Below are positions 18,768 through 27,819 of a DNA stretch of 64,000 nt, piece after piece (the first letter of the stretch is position 1; every line of letters begins with the position of its first letter). The translations under genes were made by a program, and so were the position numbers. Source of the stretch: Pseudomonadota bacterium (GTDB lineage: Archaea > Thermoplasmatota > SW-10-69-26 > JACQPN01 > JAJPHT01); NCBI GenBank assembly GCA_021325135.1, contig JAJPHT010000033.1, positions 1 through 64,000 on the forward strand. The letters run 5' to 3'. Below the pieces are notes generated by a model. It searched no databases, had not been told where the DNA came from, and worked only from the letters and a program-made list of their open reading frames with translations.

Positions 18768-19088
18768 TCACCACGACCGCGACCCCACGTCGTCGTGCGC
18801 GCCCTCCAGCGCCACCAAGACCGCCCGCCCCGCCGCCGTGAGCGCATACCCGTCCCCTGCCCGCGCCCACGTCCGCCTCGCCAGCCCCAGCCCCACCAGC
18901 GACAGGCTGGGCTTGTACCGCGGCAGGCCCCCCTCCATCACGTCGCGCACCTCCGGCACGCGCACCCCGATGCCGCGGGCCAGCTGCGCCGACGTCGCGA
19001 AGCCCAGGCGGCCCAGCTCGCGAAGGCCGCGAAGGCGATTGCGGGAACGGCGGAAGGAGAGCAGAACGGTCTCGTCGGGGAGGTTCAT
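18768..19088 (-). CDS. Winged-helix regulator, EarA/DUF1495-like
   Basis: SFRRSRNR...LAR...RYKPSLSLVGLGL...YALTAAG matches my recollection of the EarA-family pattern. Confidence 0.7.
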   Translation of the reverse strand: MNLPDETVLLSFRRSRNRLRGLRELGRLGFATSAQLARGIGVRVPEVRDVMEGGLPRYKPSLSLVGLGLARRTWARAGDGYALTAAGRAVLVALEGAHDDVGSRSW

Positions 19089-19169
19089 CGGGGGGTGATG
19101 GGCGTGGAGGACGTGAAGGCTCTCCGGCGATCACACCACGTTGGGCCTGCTCGGGCCACGAGGGCTGAC

Positions 19170-19250
19170 ATGTCCGAACGTGAGCGAAGGTGGGCGCAGG
19201 TGCGGGCGCGTGGCCCGACCTGCCCCGACGTTCGCCCCCTTGCCCCGACG
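19170..19250. repeat. Intergenic repeat family C copy 1
   Basis: TGAGCGAAGGTGGGCGCAGGTG...CTTGCCCC matches the reverse complement of about 24720-24795. Confidence 0.6.
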
Positions 19251-19257
19251 TGGACCC

Positions 19258-20754
19258 TCACCAGTCGAACGGCGTCTCCGCAGGCGGCATGTTGAGCACG
19301 ATGGTCTGCACGCGGGTCATCTCCTCGATGGAGGCTCCGATGCCTTCGCGTCCCATGCCGGACTTCTTGTTGCCGCCGAAGGGGAAGTGGCCGACGCCGT
19401 GGGCGGGGTAGCCGTTGATGGTGACGGCGCCGTCCTCCAGCCTCTTCGCGACGCCCCAGGCCTTGTTGACGTCGTTGGTGAAGACGCTGCTGTCGAGGCC
19501 GTACTCGCTGCGGTTGGCGAGGTCGAGCATCTCCTCCACGCTGTGCACGCGGATGACGGGGAGGATGGGGGCGAACTGCTCCTCCCAGGCGATGCGCATG
19601 TCCGGCGTCACGCGGTCCAGCACGGTGGGCTCGTGGTACTGGCCCACGAAGCCGCCTCCGGCGAGGACCTTGGCGCCCTTGCTGCGCGCGTCGAGGACGA
19701 GCTCCTGCGCGTAGGCGACGGCCTTGGGCGTGATGAGGGGCCCGATGGCGGTCTTCTCGTCGCGGGTGTCGCCCATGGGGTACTTGGCGACCTCGGCAAG
19801 GAGCCTGGCGACGAAGGCGTCGGCGACCTTCTCGTGGACGAGGACGCGGCTCACGGCGTCGCAGCGCTGGCCCTGGAAGCGGAGGCCGCCGCGGGCGATC
19901 TCCTTGGCGGCGAGGTCGAGGTTGGCGTCCTCCAGCACGAGGGCGGCGCCCTTGCCTCCAAGCTCCAGCGCGAGGTGCTTCATGCCGGCCTTGCTGGCGA
20001 TGCGCTCGCCCACGGCGGTGCTGCCGGTGAAGCTGATCATGTCGATCCGGGGGCTCTCGGCGAGGACGTCGCCGATCTCGCGGCCGCGGCCGGTGACGAT
20101 GTTGAGCGCGCCCGCAGGCAGGCCGGCCTCCTCCATGGCCTTGGCGAAGAAGAGCATGGAGAGGGGGGTCTCGGTGCTGGGCTTCACGACGACGGTGTTG
20201 CCCGCGACGAGGGCGGGGGCGACCTTGGCGGCGGCGATGAAGAGCGGGTAGTTGAACGGCGTGATGGCGGCGACGACGCCACGCGGGACGCGGCGCACGA
20301 CGGCCATCTTGTTCTTGGTGTCCTCGACCCAGTCGCCGGGGATGTACTCGCCGTGCATGCTGCGGGCCTCCTGCGCGGTGAGGCGGAGGCGCTCCAGCGT
20401 GCTCTTGACCTCGCCCTTGGCGACGGCGACGGGCTTGCCGCTCTCGGCGACGACGACGTCCACGAGGAGGGAGCGGTCGGCCTCCAGCAGGTGGGCGGCG
20501 CGCTCCAGGAGCTCGATGCGGGCGATGGCGGGGACGTCGCGGATCTTGCGGCGCGCGGCGTGGGCGGCGTCGATGGCGGCCTCCACGTCCTTGCGCGCGA
20601 GGGCGGGCACGTGGCCCACGACGGAGCCGTCGGCGGGGTTGGTGACGTCGATCCACTTGTTGTCGCTTGAGGGGACCCACTTGCCGTTGATGAACGCGGG
20701 GTAGCGTCGGGCGCCGCCCAGCGTGGGGGGCTCCAGCTTCGTCATGTGCTCCAT
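19258..20754 (-). CDS. gapN: Aldehyde dehydrogenase, likely non-phosphorylating GAPN
   Basis: ITPFNYP, FTGST, LELGGK, GQRCDA, and C-terminal PAHGVGHFPFGGNKKSG typical of archaeal GAPN. Confidence 0.8.
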   Translation of the reverse strand: MEHMTKLEPPTLGGARRYPAFINGKWVPSSDNKWIDVTNPADGSVVGHVPALARKDVEAAIDAAHAARRKIRDVPAIARIELLERAAHLLEADRSLLVDVVVAESGKPVAVAKGEVKSTLERLRLTAQEARSMHGEYIPGDWVEDTKNKMAVVRRVPRGVVAAITPFNYPLFIAAAKVAPALVAGNTVVVKPSTETPLSMLFFAKAMEEAGLPAGALNIVTGRGREIGDVLAESPRIDMISFTGSTAVGERIASKAGMKHLALELGGKGAALVLEDANLDLAAKEIARGGLRFQGQRCDAVSRVLVHEKVADAFVARLLAEVAKYPMGDTRDEKTAIGPLITPKAVAYAQELVLDARSKGAKVLAGGGFVGQYHEPTVLDRVTPDMRIAWEEQFAPILPVIRVHSVEEMLDLANRSEYGLDSSVFTNDVNKAWGVAKRLEDGAVTINGYPAHGVGHFPFGGNKKSGMGREGIGASIEEMTRVQTIVLNMPPAETPFDW

Positions 20755-20928
20755 CCGGATCGGTCGCCCCTGGGTCCTTCTGATGATAAGTGGCACGGGA
20801 GTGTCACCTTCGGACCAGCGGCGTTGGGCTTGCTTGGTTCCGCGCGGCGGGGCTCGACGAAATGACATAGGATTTAAGAGCAGCCTTCCGGTTGCCGCGC
20901 GCAAGACTCCCCTGGAGGGAGGCGGACC

Positions 20929-21765
20929 TTGGCGCACCCAGCATCGCCCGCACCCGATCATGCGCACGCCGCGGAGCACGCCGGCCACCACGACGCGCAC
21001 CACGGCAGCTTCATGCCCCTGTGGCTGACCCTCGGCACGACGCTTTTCCTCGTGGCGATCCTCGCGCCCCACGGAGTGCGCGCCGACGGAACGTCCTACG
21101 ACTACCGCGCCTTCGCCATGCTCCCGGGCTTCCTCATCATGGTGGCCTCGGTGGCGGGCTGGGTCCGCGAGGACGTGGACGAGCTTTCCCACAAGCCCTA
21201 CCAGGAGGGCATCTCGGACTACCTCGTGGGCACCATCGTGCTCATCCTCTCCGAAGTCATCCTCTTCGGCTGCCTCTTCACGTTCTTCTTCTGGAGCCGC
21301 GCGCACACCTCGGAGTTCTACCCCGAGTTCTTCCCCCACGGCTCGACGCTGACGCCCATCATCGCCAACACGGTGATCCTCCTCAGCTCGGGCGGCACGG
21401 TCCACATGGCGCAGCTCGCCCTGAAGAAGGACCAGATGAGGACGTTCCGCATCTGGCTGGGCGCCACCATCCTCCTGGGCGTCGCGTTCATCGCGGGCCA
21501 GGCCATCGAGTACCGCAATCTCGTGGGCGAAGGCCTCCTCCCCACGGCCAGCGTGTTCGGCACGTCGTTCTTCTCCCTCACGGGCGTCCACGGCCTGCAC
21601 GTCATCATGGGCATCGTCGCGCTGACGACCATCTGGGGCCTCTCGTGGACGGGCTTCATCCGCAAGGAGCGCGCGAGCGGCGTCGAAGGCGTGTTCATCT
21701 ACTGGCACTTCGTCGACGCGATCTGGATCCTCGTCTTCTCCATCGTCTACCTGAGGCTGATCTGA
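20929..21765 (+). CDS. coxC: Heme-copper oxidase subunit III
   Basis: ILSEVILF, NTVILLSSG, TGVHGLHV, YWHFVD. Confidence 0.92.
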   Translation: MAHPASPAPDHAHAAEHAGHHDAHHGSFMPLWLTLGTTLFLVAILAPHGVRADGTSYDYRAFAMLPGFLIMVASVAGWVREDVDELSHKPYQEGISDYLVGTIVLILSEVILFGCLFTFFFWSRAHTSEFYPEFFPHGSTLTPIIANTVILLSSGGTVHMAQLALKKDQMRTFRIWLGATILLGVAFIAGQAIEYRNLVGEGLLPTASVFGTSFFSLTGVHGLHVIMGIVALTTIWGLSWTGFIRKERASGVEGVFIYWHFVDAIWILVFSIVYLRLI

Positions 21766-21766
21766 G

Positions 21767-22705
21767 ATGCTTGTCATCGCCGACGTCACCTCCGTGAGCG
21801 AGGACCGCTGGTCGGGCCTCTTCGACCTCTACCTCACCATCGCGCTCATCGTGGGCGCGCTCATCATCGGGTGGCTCCTGGTGAGCCTCGTGCGCTACCG
21901 GGCCCGCCCCGGCGCGCCGCGCCCGCCCGACGCGCCCCTGCCCGGCATGCTCCAGCCCGAGCGCGGCACGGTGCTCTTCAGCTGGATCATCGCGCTCACC
22001 ATCGCGGCCATCATGTTCGGCCTCGCGTTCTCCACCATCCACGCGGTGGACGCCATCGAGAACCCGCCCCCCAACGACCCCAGCAACCCGTCCATTCACG
22101 TCGTGGTCACGGGCTTCCAGTTCGGCTGGAAGTACAACTACACGGGCGAGGGCGGCGTCCCCTTCCAGACCATCACGGAGTGGACGATCCCCGTGGACAC
22201 GGTGATCACCATCGACGTGAAGAGCCAGGACGTCTGGCACAACTTCGCGTTCCCCAACGGGCGCATCCGCGTCGACGCCATCCCCGGCGAGACGAACCAC
22301 CTCTGGTTCAAGGCCACCAGCATCGGCGAGGACCGCAACGCCTGCGTGCAGATCTGCGGCGCGGGCCACGCCACGATGCACGCGGCCATGCACGTCGTGA
22401 GCCAGGCCGACTTCAAGACGTTCCTCCACGACAGCTCGCAGGCGGCGTACAAGACGCTCGCGGGCAAGAGCCTCGTCAACGCCACCTTCGACGGCTCGGC
22501 CTTCGCCATCGCGGGCCACGCCGCCGGCAAGGCCAGCGCGCTCAACGTGACCAACGCCGGCGCGCAGCCCGCCACCTTCCACCTGCAGGGCTCCGACGCC
22601 AGCGTCACCGTGCAGCCCGGCCAGTCCGGCTACCTCTACATCCCCGCCGCGACCGGCACGCAGACCGTCGTGGCCTCCAGCGGCGCCACCGGGACGGTGA
22701 GCTGA
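21767..22705 (+). CDS. coxB: Heme-copper oxidase subunit II (CuA) with C-terminal extension
   Basis: Two TM helices, QFGW, DVWHNF, DAIPG, CVQICGAGHATM. Confidence 0.92.
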   Translation: MLVIADVTSVSEDRWSGLFDLYLTIALIVGALIIGWLLVSLVRYRARPGAPRPPDAPLPGMLQPERGTVLFSWIIALTIAAIMFGLAFSTIHAVDAIENPPPNDPSNPSIHVVVTGFQFGWKYNYTGEGGVPFQTITEWTIPVDTVITIDVKSQDVWHNFAFPNGRIRVDAIPGETNHLWFKATSIGEDRNACVQICGAGHATMHAAMHVVSQADFKTFLHDSSQAAYKTLAGKSLVNATFDGSAFAIAGHAAGKASALNVTNAGAQPATFHLQGSDASVTVQPGQSGYLYIPAATGTQTVVASSGATGTVS

Positions 22706-22706
22706 G

Positions 22707-24392
22707 ATGAGCGAGAACGTCGTCCACCCCCACGCGTACAGCGGCCCCACCCGGAAGCCGGCCTACGGCCAGGGCTGGAAGCACTGGCTCTCGACCACCA
22801 ACCACAAGGAGGTCGGCATCCTCTACCTCGTCACGTCGCTGGCCTTCTTCGTGCTGGGCGGCACGTTCGCGCTGCTGATGCGCACGCAGCTCTTCACGGC
22901 GAACAACACGTTCCTCGACGGCGAGACGTACAACCAGTTCGTGACGATGCACGGCATCGTCATGATCATCTTCTTCCTCTCGCCCTTCGCATTCAGCTTC
23001 GGCAACTACATCATGCCCATCCAAGTGGGCGCCAGCGACCTCATCTTCCCGCGCTTGAACGCGCTCTCGTACTGGATGTACCTCGCCGGCGGCCTCACCG
23101 CCGTCTCGGGCTTCTTCTTCGGCGGCGCGGCCGCGGGCGGATGGACCATCTACACGCCCCTGTCCAGCTATCACTTCATGCCGCGCATCGGCGTGGACCT
23201 CGTCGCCATCGGCATCGTCCTCTTCGTGGTGGGCGTCACCGTCTCCACCATCAACTTCCTGGCGACGTTCTTCCTGCTGCGCGCGCCGGGCGTGAAGATG
23301 ATGCACATGCCGGCGTTCAGCTGGGCCATCTTCTGGACCGTCGTCATCATGCTCTTCGCCTTCCCGGCGCTGGGCGCGGCGGGCCTCATGCTGGTCATGG
23401 ACCGGCAGTTCGGGTTCCACTTCTTCGACATCGCCAACGGCGGCGCGCTCCTCTGGGCGCACCTCTTCTGGTTCTTCGGCCACCCCGAGGTGTACATCCT
23501 CCTGCTGCCGGGCCTGGGCGCCGTCCTGGACATCATCCCGACCTTCAGCGAGCGCCCCCTCTACGGGAAGCGCACCGTGGTCTGGGCGCTGGGCATCGCG
23601 ACCGCGCTCTCCTTCGTCGTGTACATCCACCACATGTTCACGACGGGCATCAACCCGCAGCTTCGCGAGGTGATGGTCATCACGACGGAGATGATCTCGA
23701 TCCCCTTCGGCGTCATCTACCTCTGCATGATCGGCACCATGTGGAAGGGCCGCATCCGCTTCGAGGTGCCCATGCTCTTCGCGCTGGGCTTCATCACGCT
23801 CTTCCTCGTGGGCGGCCTGACCGGCGTGTTCCTCTCGTCGGTGGCCATCGACTACGGCATGCAGGGCTCCTACTGGGTCGTCGCGCACTTCCACTACGCG
23901 GTGCTGGGCGGCGGCGTGTGGGGCGTCCTCGCGGGCCTCTACTACTGGTATCCGAAGATCACGGGCCGCATGTTCAGCCGCCGCTGGGGCGTCATCCACT
24001 TCTGGAGCGGCTTCATCGGGTTCAACCTGCTCTTCCTGAGCATGTTCTTCTACGGCAAGATGCCCCGCCGCATCTACACCTACGAGGACATCCAGTCCTA
24101 CGCGGTGGGCGGCAACCTCAGCCTGCTCAACGCCATGGCCACCGTGGGCGCGTTCACCTTCGGCCTGGGCATCATCCTGATGCTCGTCAACTTCGTCGTG
24201 AGCCTCTGGACCGGCGAGAAGGCCGGCCCCGACCCGTGGGGCGGCAACGAATTGGAGTGGACCATCAGCAGCCCGCCGCCCCCCGAGAACTTCACGCGCA
24301 CGCCCGTCCTCGCGGAGCACCCCTACACGCTGGAGAAGCGGCAGGGCGACGCCGCGGCGGGCAGCGTCGTGACGGGCATCTTCAAGAGGTGA
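22707..24392 (+). CDS. coxA: Heme-copper oxidase subunit I, A1-type motif
   Basis: TMHG, GWTIY, FWFFGHPEVY, HHMF, AHFHY, MPRR. Confidence 0.96.
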   Translation: MSENVVHPHAYSGPTRKPAYGQGWKHWLSTTNHKEVGILYLVTSLAFFVLGGTFALLMRTQLFTANNTFLDGETYNQFVTMHGIVMIIFFLSPFAFSFGNYIMPIQVGASDLIFPRLNALSYWMYLAGGLTAVSGFFFGGAAAGGWTIYTPLSSYHFMPRIGVDLVAIGIVLFVVGVTVSTINFLATFFLLRAPGVKMMHMPAFSWAIFWTVVIMLFAFPALGAAGLMLVMDRQFGFHFFDIANGGALLWAHLFWFFGHPEVYILLLPGLGAVLDIIPTFSERPLYGKRTVVWALGIATALSFVVYIHHMFTTGINPQLREVMVITTEMISIPFGVIYLCMIGTMWKGRIRFEVPMLFALGFITLFLVGGLTGVFLSSVAIDYGMQGSYWVVAHFHYAVLGGGVWGVLAGLYYWYPKITGRMFSRRWGVIHFWSGFIGFNLLFLSMFFYGKMPRRIYTYEDIQSYAVGGNLSLLNAMATVGAFTFGLGIILMLVNFVVSLWTGEKAGPDPWGGNELEWTISSPPPPENFTRTPVLAEHPYTLEKRQGDAAAGSVVTGIFKR

Positions 24393-24601
24393 GGAGGGCG
24401 CGCGCGATCACCGGCGAGACGCGCGGGTTCCTCCGCAACGTGGGCGGCCTCCTCGCGGGGTTCGCCCTCGTCATGCTCCTCCTGGACTTCGTGTTCCACC
24501 TCCAGGGGATGCTCCTCTGGATGGACGTGCCCATGCTGCTGGGCGGCCTCGGCGTGCTGCTCTACGCTTGGCGCGCGCCGAAGACGAGCGAGCTGTCCTA
24601 G
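24389..24601 (+). CDS. Small 2-TM protein, possible oxidase accessory subunit
   Basis: GTG overlaps the coxA stop (GTGA); two hydrophobic segments; 70 aa. Confidence 0.6.
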   Translation: MRRARAITGETRGFLRNVGGLLAGFALVMLLLDFVFHLQGMLLWMDVPMLLGGLGVLLYAWRAPKTSELS

Positions 24602-24604
24602 GCT

Positions 24605-24660
24605 CGCGCGTGTGGGGAAGAAACCCCAACCTCAGACCCCACACGCGCGGGTTTTCTTGT
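24605..24660 (+). terminator. Hairpin plus T-rich tract after the cox operon
   Basis: 13-bp IR CGCGCGTGTGGGG / CCCCACACGCGCG (24605-24649) followed by GGTTTTCTTGT. Confidence 0.55.
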
Positions 24661-24704
24661 CCGTTCAACTCTCGACGGCTTCACGCGCCTGGGCGCGGGT
24701 GGGC

Positions 24705-24795
24705 AAGGGTTCGGCCTGTTGGGGGCAAGTGCCCGAAGGGCCGCCCACGCGGCCCCAGGTGTGCCCACCTGCGCCCACCTCCGCTCAAAGTCGAA
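24705..24795. repeat. Intergenic repeat family C copy 2 (inverted relative to copy 1)
   Basis: CACCTGCGCCCACCTCCGCTCA is 21/22 identical to the reverse complement of 19181-19202; TTCGGCCTGTTGG also occurs at about 28363. Confidence 0.6.
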
Positions 24796-24867
24796 CCCGT
24801 CAACTGTAGCGCCCCCCTCGCGGCCCAACCCCAAAGCCCCCGGCGGCCGCGGATGCTCGGAGGTTCG

Positions 24868-26274
24868 TCAGAGGAGGCTCGTTCCTTCGACCGTGACGAA
24901 GCGGATCTCCGTGGGCTTCACGGCGACGCCCAGCCCCGTGCCCAGCGTGCTCTGCGCGAAGGCGACGACGGGCTGCCCGTCGAGGCCGATGGCGACCTCG
25001 AAGAAGTCCAGCATGCTGCGGTCCGCCGCGAGACAGCCCGTGCCGCTGGTGCAGAGGGACCCCACGTGGTTGGGCGTCTTGGTGAGCGTCGCGACGACGC
25101 CCTTGGGCGCCCCGCAGGCGCCCGCTTGCGACGGATCGCATCCGCCGGCGTCCAGCGACTCGTAGAGCTTCACGTTCCACTCGTCGGGCACCATCTCGCC
25201 GGGCGTGCCGCGCACGTTCTCGTACCACACCACCGCGATGCGGCCGGGCGCGCCCGCGGCGATCCACGGGAAGCGCGCGTCCTTGGCCGCGTCGGAGAGA
25301 AGGAGCGGCTTCGTCCACGTCGCGCCCAGGTCGTGGGACGTCTGGAGGTAGATGCCGTAGAGGCCCGCCTCCTCGGGGGGCGTCACGCCGCCGGGCGTCG
25401 TCGCGGAGTCCGCGGAGTAGACGAGGTAGAGCGTGCCGTTCCCGTCGAATGATAGCACCGGGAAGTCGGACGCGTAGCCGTTGGGCTCCGCGGGGCTCGT
25501 GCGGCCCAGATTGGCGGTGTCGTGGCCCGCCCACGTCTTGCCCGAGTCGTTGGAGACGTAGACGTGCACGACGGGCGCGTCGGTGCCGGTGGTGGCGGCC
25601 TGGTCCACGACGGGGATCGCCAGCGCGCCGGTGACGGGGTCGTGCACCACGGGGCCGCCGTCGCCATCGGGGCCTACGGTGACCTTGCCCCGCCAGGACG
25701 CGCCGCCGTCGGGCGAGCCGTTGAACTCGATGCCGGTCTTGCCGCGCCACGTCGCCGCGATGCCGCCCTCGGGCGTGACGTCGATCCACTCGCGATCCTT
25801 GCCTCCGCCCTCGGCGAGGTCCACCGCCTTGCTCCACGTCTCGCCGCGGTCGTGGCTCGCCAGGAACGGGATCGTGCGCCCCTCCTTGCCCAGGAGGCCC
25901 AGGTAGTAGACCGTGCCGTTGCGGTCCACCGCGACGTCGCCGTCGCCGCCCCCTTCGAGGCCCGCGTTGCCGGGGTGCTGCCACGTCTTGCCGCCATCGT
26001 CGCTGCGCCACACGTCGCCCGGGTTCCCCACGTAGAGCGTCTTGCCGTCGTAGCCCGCCGCGACGTTGGGCTCCGCGAAGCCGGGCGTCGCCACCGGCAC
26101 GTCGGGCTGCGCCGCGGGCGGCTTCAGGTCCGCGCTGCCGCTGGCCTGCCGCGGGTGGAACGGATCGCCCGCGGGCGCGGGGGGCGCCGCGCTGGGGGCC
26201 TTCGTCGCCGCGGGCTGCGCGCACCCCGCCAGGAGAAGGGCAAGGAGAAGGATGGGGACGAGGCGGGGCTGCAT
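24868..26274 (-). CDS. BNR/Asp-box (sialidase-like) beta-propeller lipoprotein
   Basis: LAGC lipobox; repeated SDDGGKTW, SHDRGETW, SNDSGKTW, SHDLGATW Asp boxes. Confidence 0.85.
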   Translation of the reverse strand: MQPRLVPILLLALLLAGCAQPAATKAPSAAPPAPAGDPFHPRQASGSADLKPPAAQPDVPVATPGFAEPNVAAGYDGKTLYVGNPGDVWRSDDGGKTWQHPGNAGLEGGGDGDVAVDRNGTVYYLGLLGKEGRTIPFLASHDRGETWSKAVDLAEGGGKDREWIDVTPEGGIAATWRGKTGIEFNGSPDGGASWRGKVTVGPDGDGGPVVHDPVTGALAIPVVDQAATTGTDAPVVHVYVSNDSGKTWAGHDTANLGRTSPAEPNGYASDFPVLSFDGNGTLYLVYSADSATTPGGVTPPEEAGLYGIYLQTSHDLGATWTKPLLLSDAAKDARFPWIAAGAPGRIAVVWYENVRGTPGEMVPDEWNVKLYESLDAGGCDPSQAGACGAPKGVVATLTKTPNHVGSLCTSGTGCLAADRSMLDFFEVAIGLDGQPVVAFAQSTLGTGLGVAVKPTEIRFVTVEGTSLL

Positions 26275-26321
26275 GCCGCCTCAGAGCGCGGTGGGGGCCA
26301 TGAACGCTGTGGCGGCGGCCT

Positions 26322-27671
26322 TCAGCGCTTCCCGCTCACCGCGAACTGCGCGAGCCGGCGCGCCTCGTTCCCCGAGAGGAACTCGCGCGGGTCGGTGAGC
26401 TTTCCCTCGATGGCGGTCACGGCCGCCGTGGCGGGGCTCACGAGATAGCTCTTGCTCTTGATGTGGCCCATGCGGCCCGGGAAGTTGCGGTTGGAGGTGG
26501 AGACGCAGACCTCGCCCTCGTCGAGCACGCCGCCCATGCCGCCGAAGCACGCGCCGCACGAGGCCGTGTTGAAGCTCCCGCCGGCCTCGGTGATGGTCTC
26601 GATGATGCCCTCGCGGAGCGCCTGCATGTAGATGCGCGTGGACGCGGGGAACACCACGAGGCGCGTGCCCTTCTTCACCTTGTTGCCCTTGAGGATGGAC
26701 GCCGCGACGCGCAGGTCCTCCAGGCGCGCGTTGGTGCACGAGCCGATGAACACCTGGTCCACGCGCCCCGAGTCCGTGCTCTTCACGGGGTGCACGTTGT
26801 CCGGGCTCATGGGGCACGCGACCAGGGGCTCCAGCCGGTCGCCGTCGATGGTCACGACCTTCTCGTACTTCGCGCCCTTGTCCGCGCGCAGGTCCGCGTG
26901 GTCGCGCACGTGCGCCTTGCGGCCGTTCTTGATCTCGGGAAGCGACTCCAGGTAACGGATCGCCTCGCCGTCCGCGGGGATGACGCCCGCCTTGGCGCCA
27001 AGCTCCGTCGTCATGTTGGAGAGCGTGAAGCGCTGGTACATCTCCAGCTTCTCGATGGCGCTGCCCCCGAACTCAATGGCCTTGTACGCGCCCCCCTCGG
27101 TGGTGAGCTGCCGCAGCGCCTCCAGGATGATGTCCTTGCCGGACACGGGGAACTCCAGCGTGCCCGTGACCTCGACCTTGATCGTCTCGGGGACCTTCAG
27201 CCAGATGTCCCCCGTCGCGAACACTGCCGCCTGCTCGGTGGGGCCGATGCCCACCGCGAACGCGCCCAGGGCGCCCGCCATGTTGGTGTGCGAGTCGGTG
27301 CCCGTCACCATGTCGCCCGGCAGCACGAACCCCTCCTCCACGAGGATCTGGTGGCAGATGCCGTGGTTCCCGATGTCGTAGAAGTGGGGAAGGCCGTGCT
27401 TCTCCACGAACTTGCGGATGCTGTGGTGCAGCTTCGCCGACGCCTCGCTGCTCGCCGGGACCCAGTGGTCGATGGGGATCACGATCTTGTTGCGGTCCCA
27501 CACCTCGGTCGCGCCCATCTGCTCGAAGGGCCGGATGAGCTGCGCGCACGCCTCGTGCGCCATCGCCACGTCCACCGGCACCTCGACGATCTCGCCGGGG
27601 CGCACGTGCGCCTTCTTGGCCTTCAAGGCGAGGATCTTCTCGGGCAGCGTCATCGGGGCGGACGAGGCCAT
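26322..27671 (-). CDS. leuC: 3-isopropylmalate dehydratase / homoaconitase large subunit (LeuC/HacA)
   Basis: IDH, GICHQ, DSHT, IGSCTN, CGACFG, STSNRNFPGRMG. Confidence 0.93.
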   Translation of the reverse strand: MASSAPMTLPEKILALKAKKAHVRPGEIVEVPVDVAMAHEACAQLIRPFEQMGATEVWDRNKIVIPIDHWVPASSEASAKLHHSIRKFVEKHGLPHFYDIGNHGICHQILVEEGFVLPGDMVTGTDSHTNMAGALGAFAVGIGPTEQAAVFATGDIWLKVPETIKVEVTGTLEFPVSGKDIILEALRQLTTEGGAYKAIEFGGSAIEKLEMYQRFTLSNMTTELGAKAGVIPADGEAIRYLESLPEIKNGRKAHVRDHADLRADKGAKYEKVVTIDGDRLEPLVACPMSPDNVHPVKSTDSGRVDQVFIGSCTNARLEDLRVAASILKGNKVKKGTRLVVFPASTRIYMQALREGIIETITEAGGSFNTASCGACFGGMGGVLDEGEVCVSTSNRNFPGRMGHIKSKSYLVSPATAAVTAIEGKLTDPREFLSGNEARRLAQFAVSGKR

Positions 27672-27755
27672 GGGGGCGGGATGGGGACCCCTCACTTATA
27701 GGCGTTGCCCGGGCGGGGACGGGTGGCGCCGCGCGGCGCCAGCCGGGCGCGGCCG

Positions 27756-27819
27756 GAGCCGGGCGTGCACGGGTGCGCCCGGGCGTGCACGCCCGGGCGC
27801 ACCCGTGCACGCCCGGCTC
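27756..27819. repeat. Perfect 64-bp loopless palindrome
   Basis: GAGCCGGGCGTGCACGGGTGCGCCCGGGCGTG|CACGCCCGGGCGCACCCGTGCACGCCCGGCTC. Confidence 0.95.
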
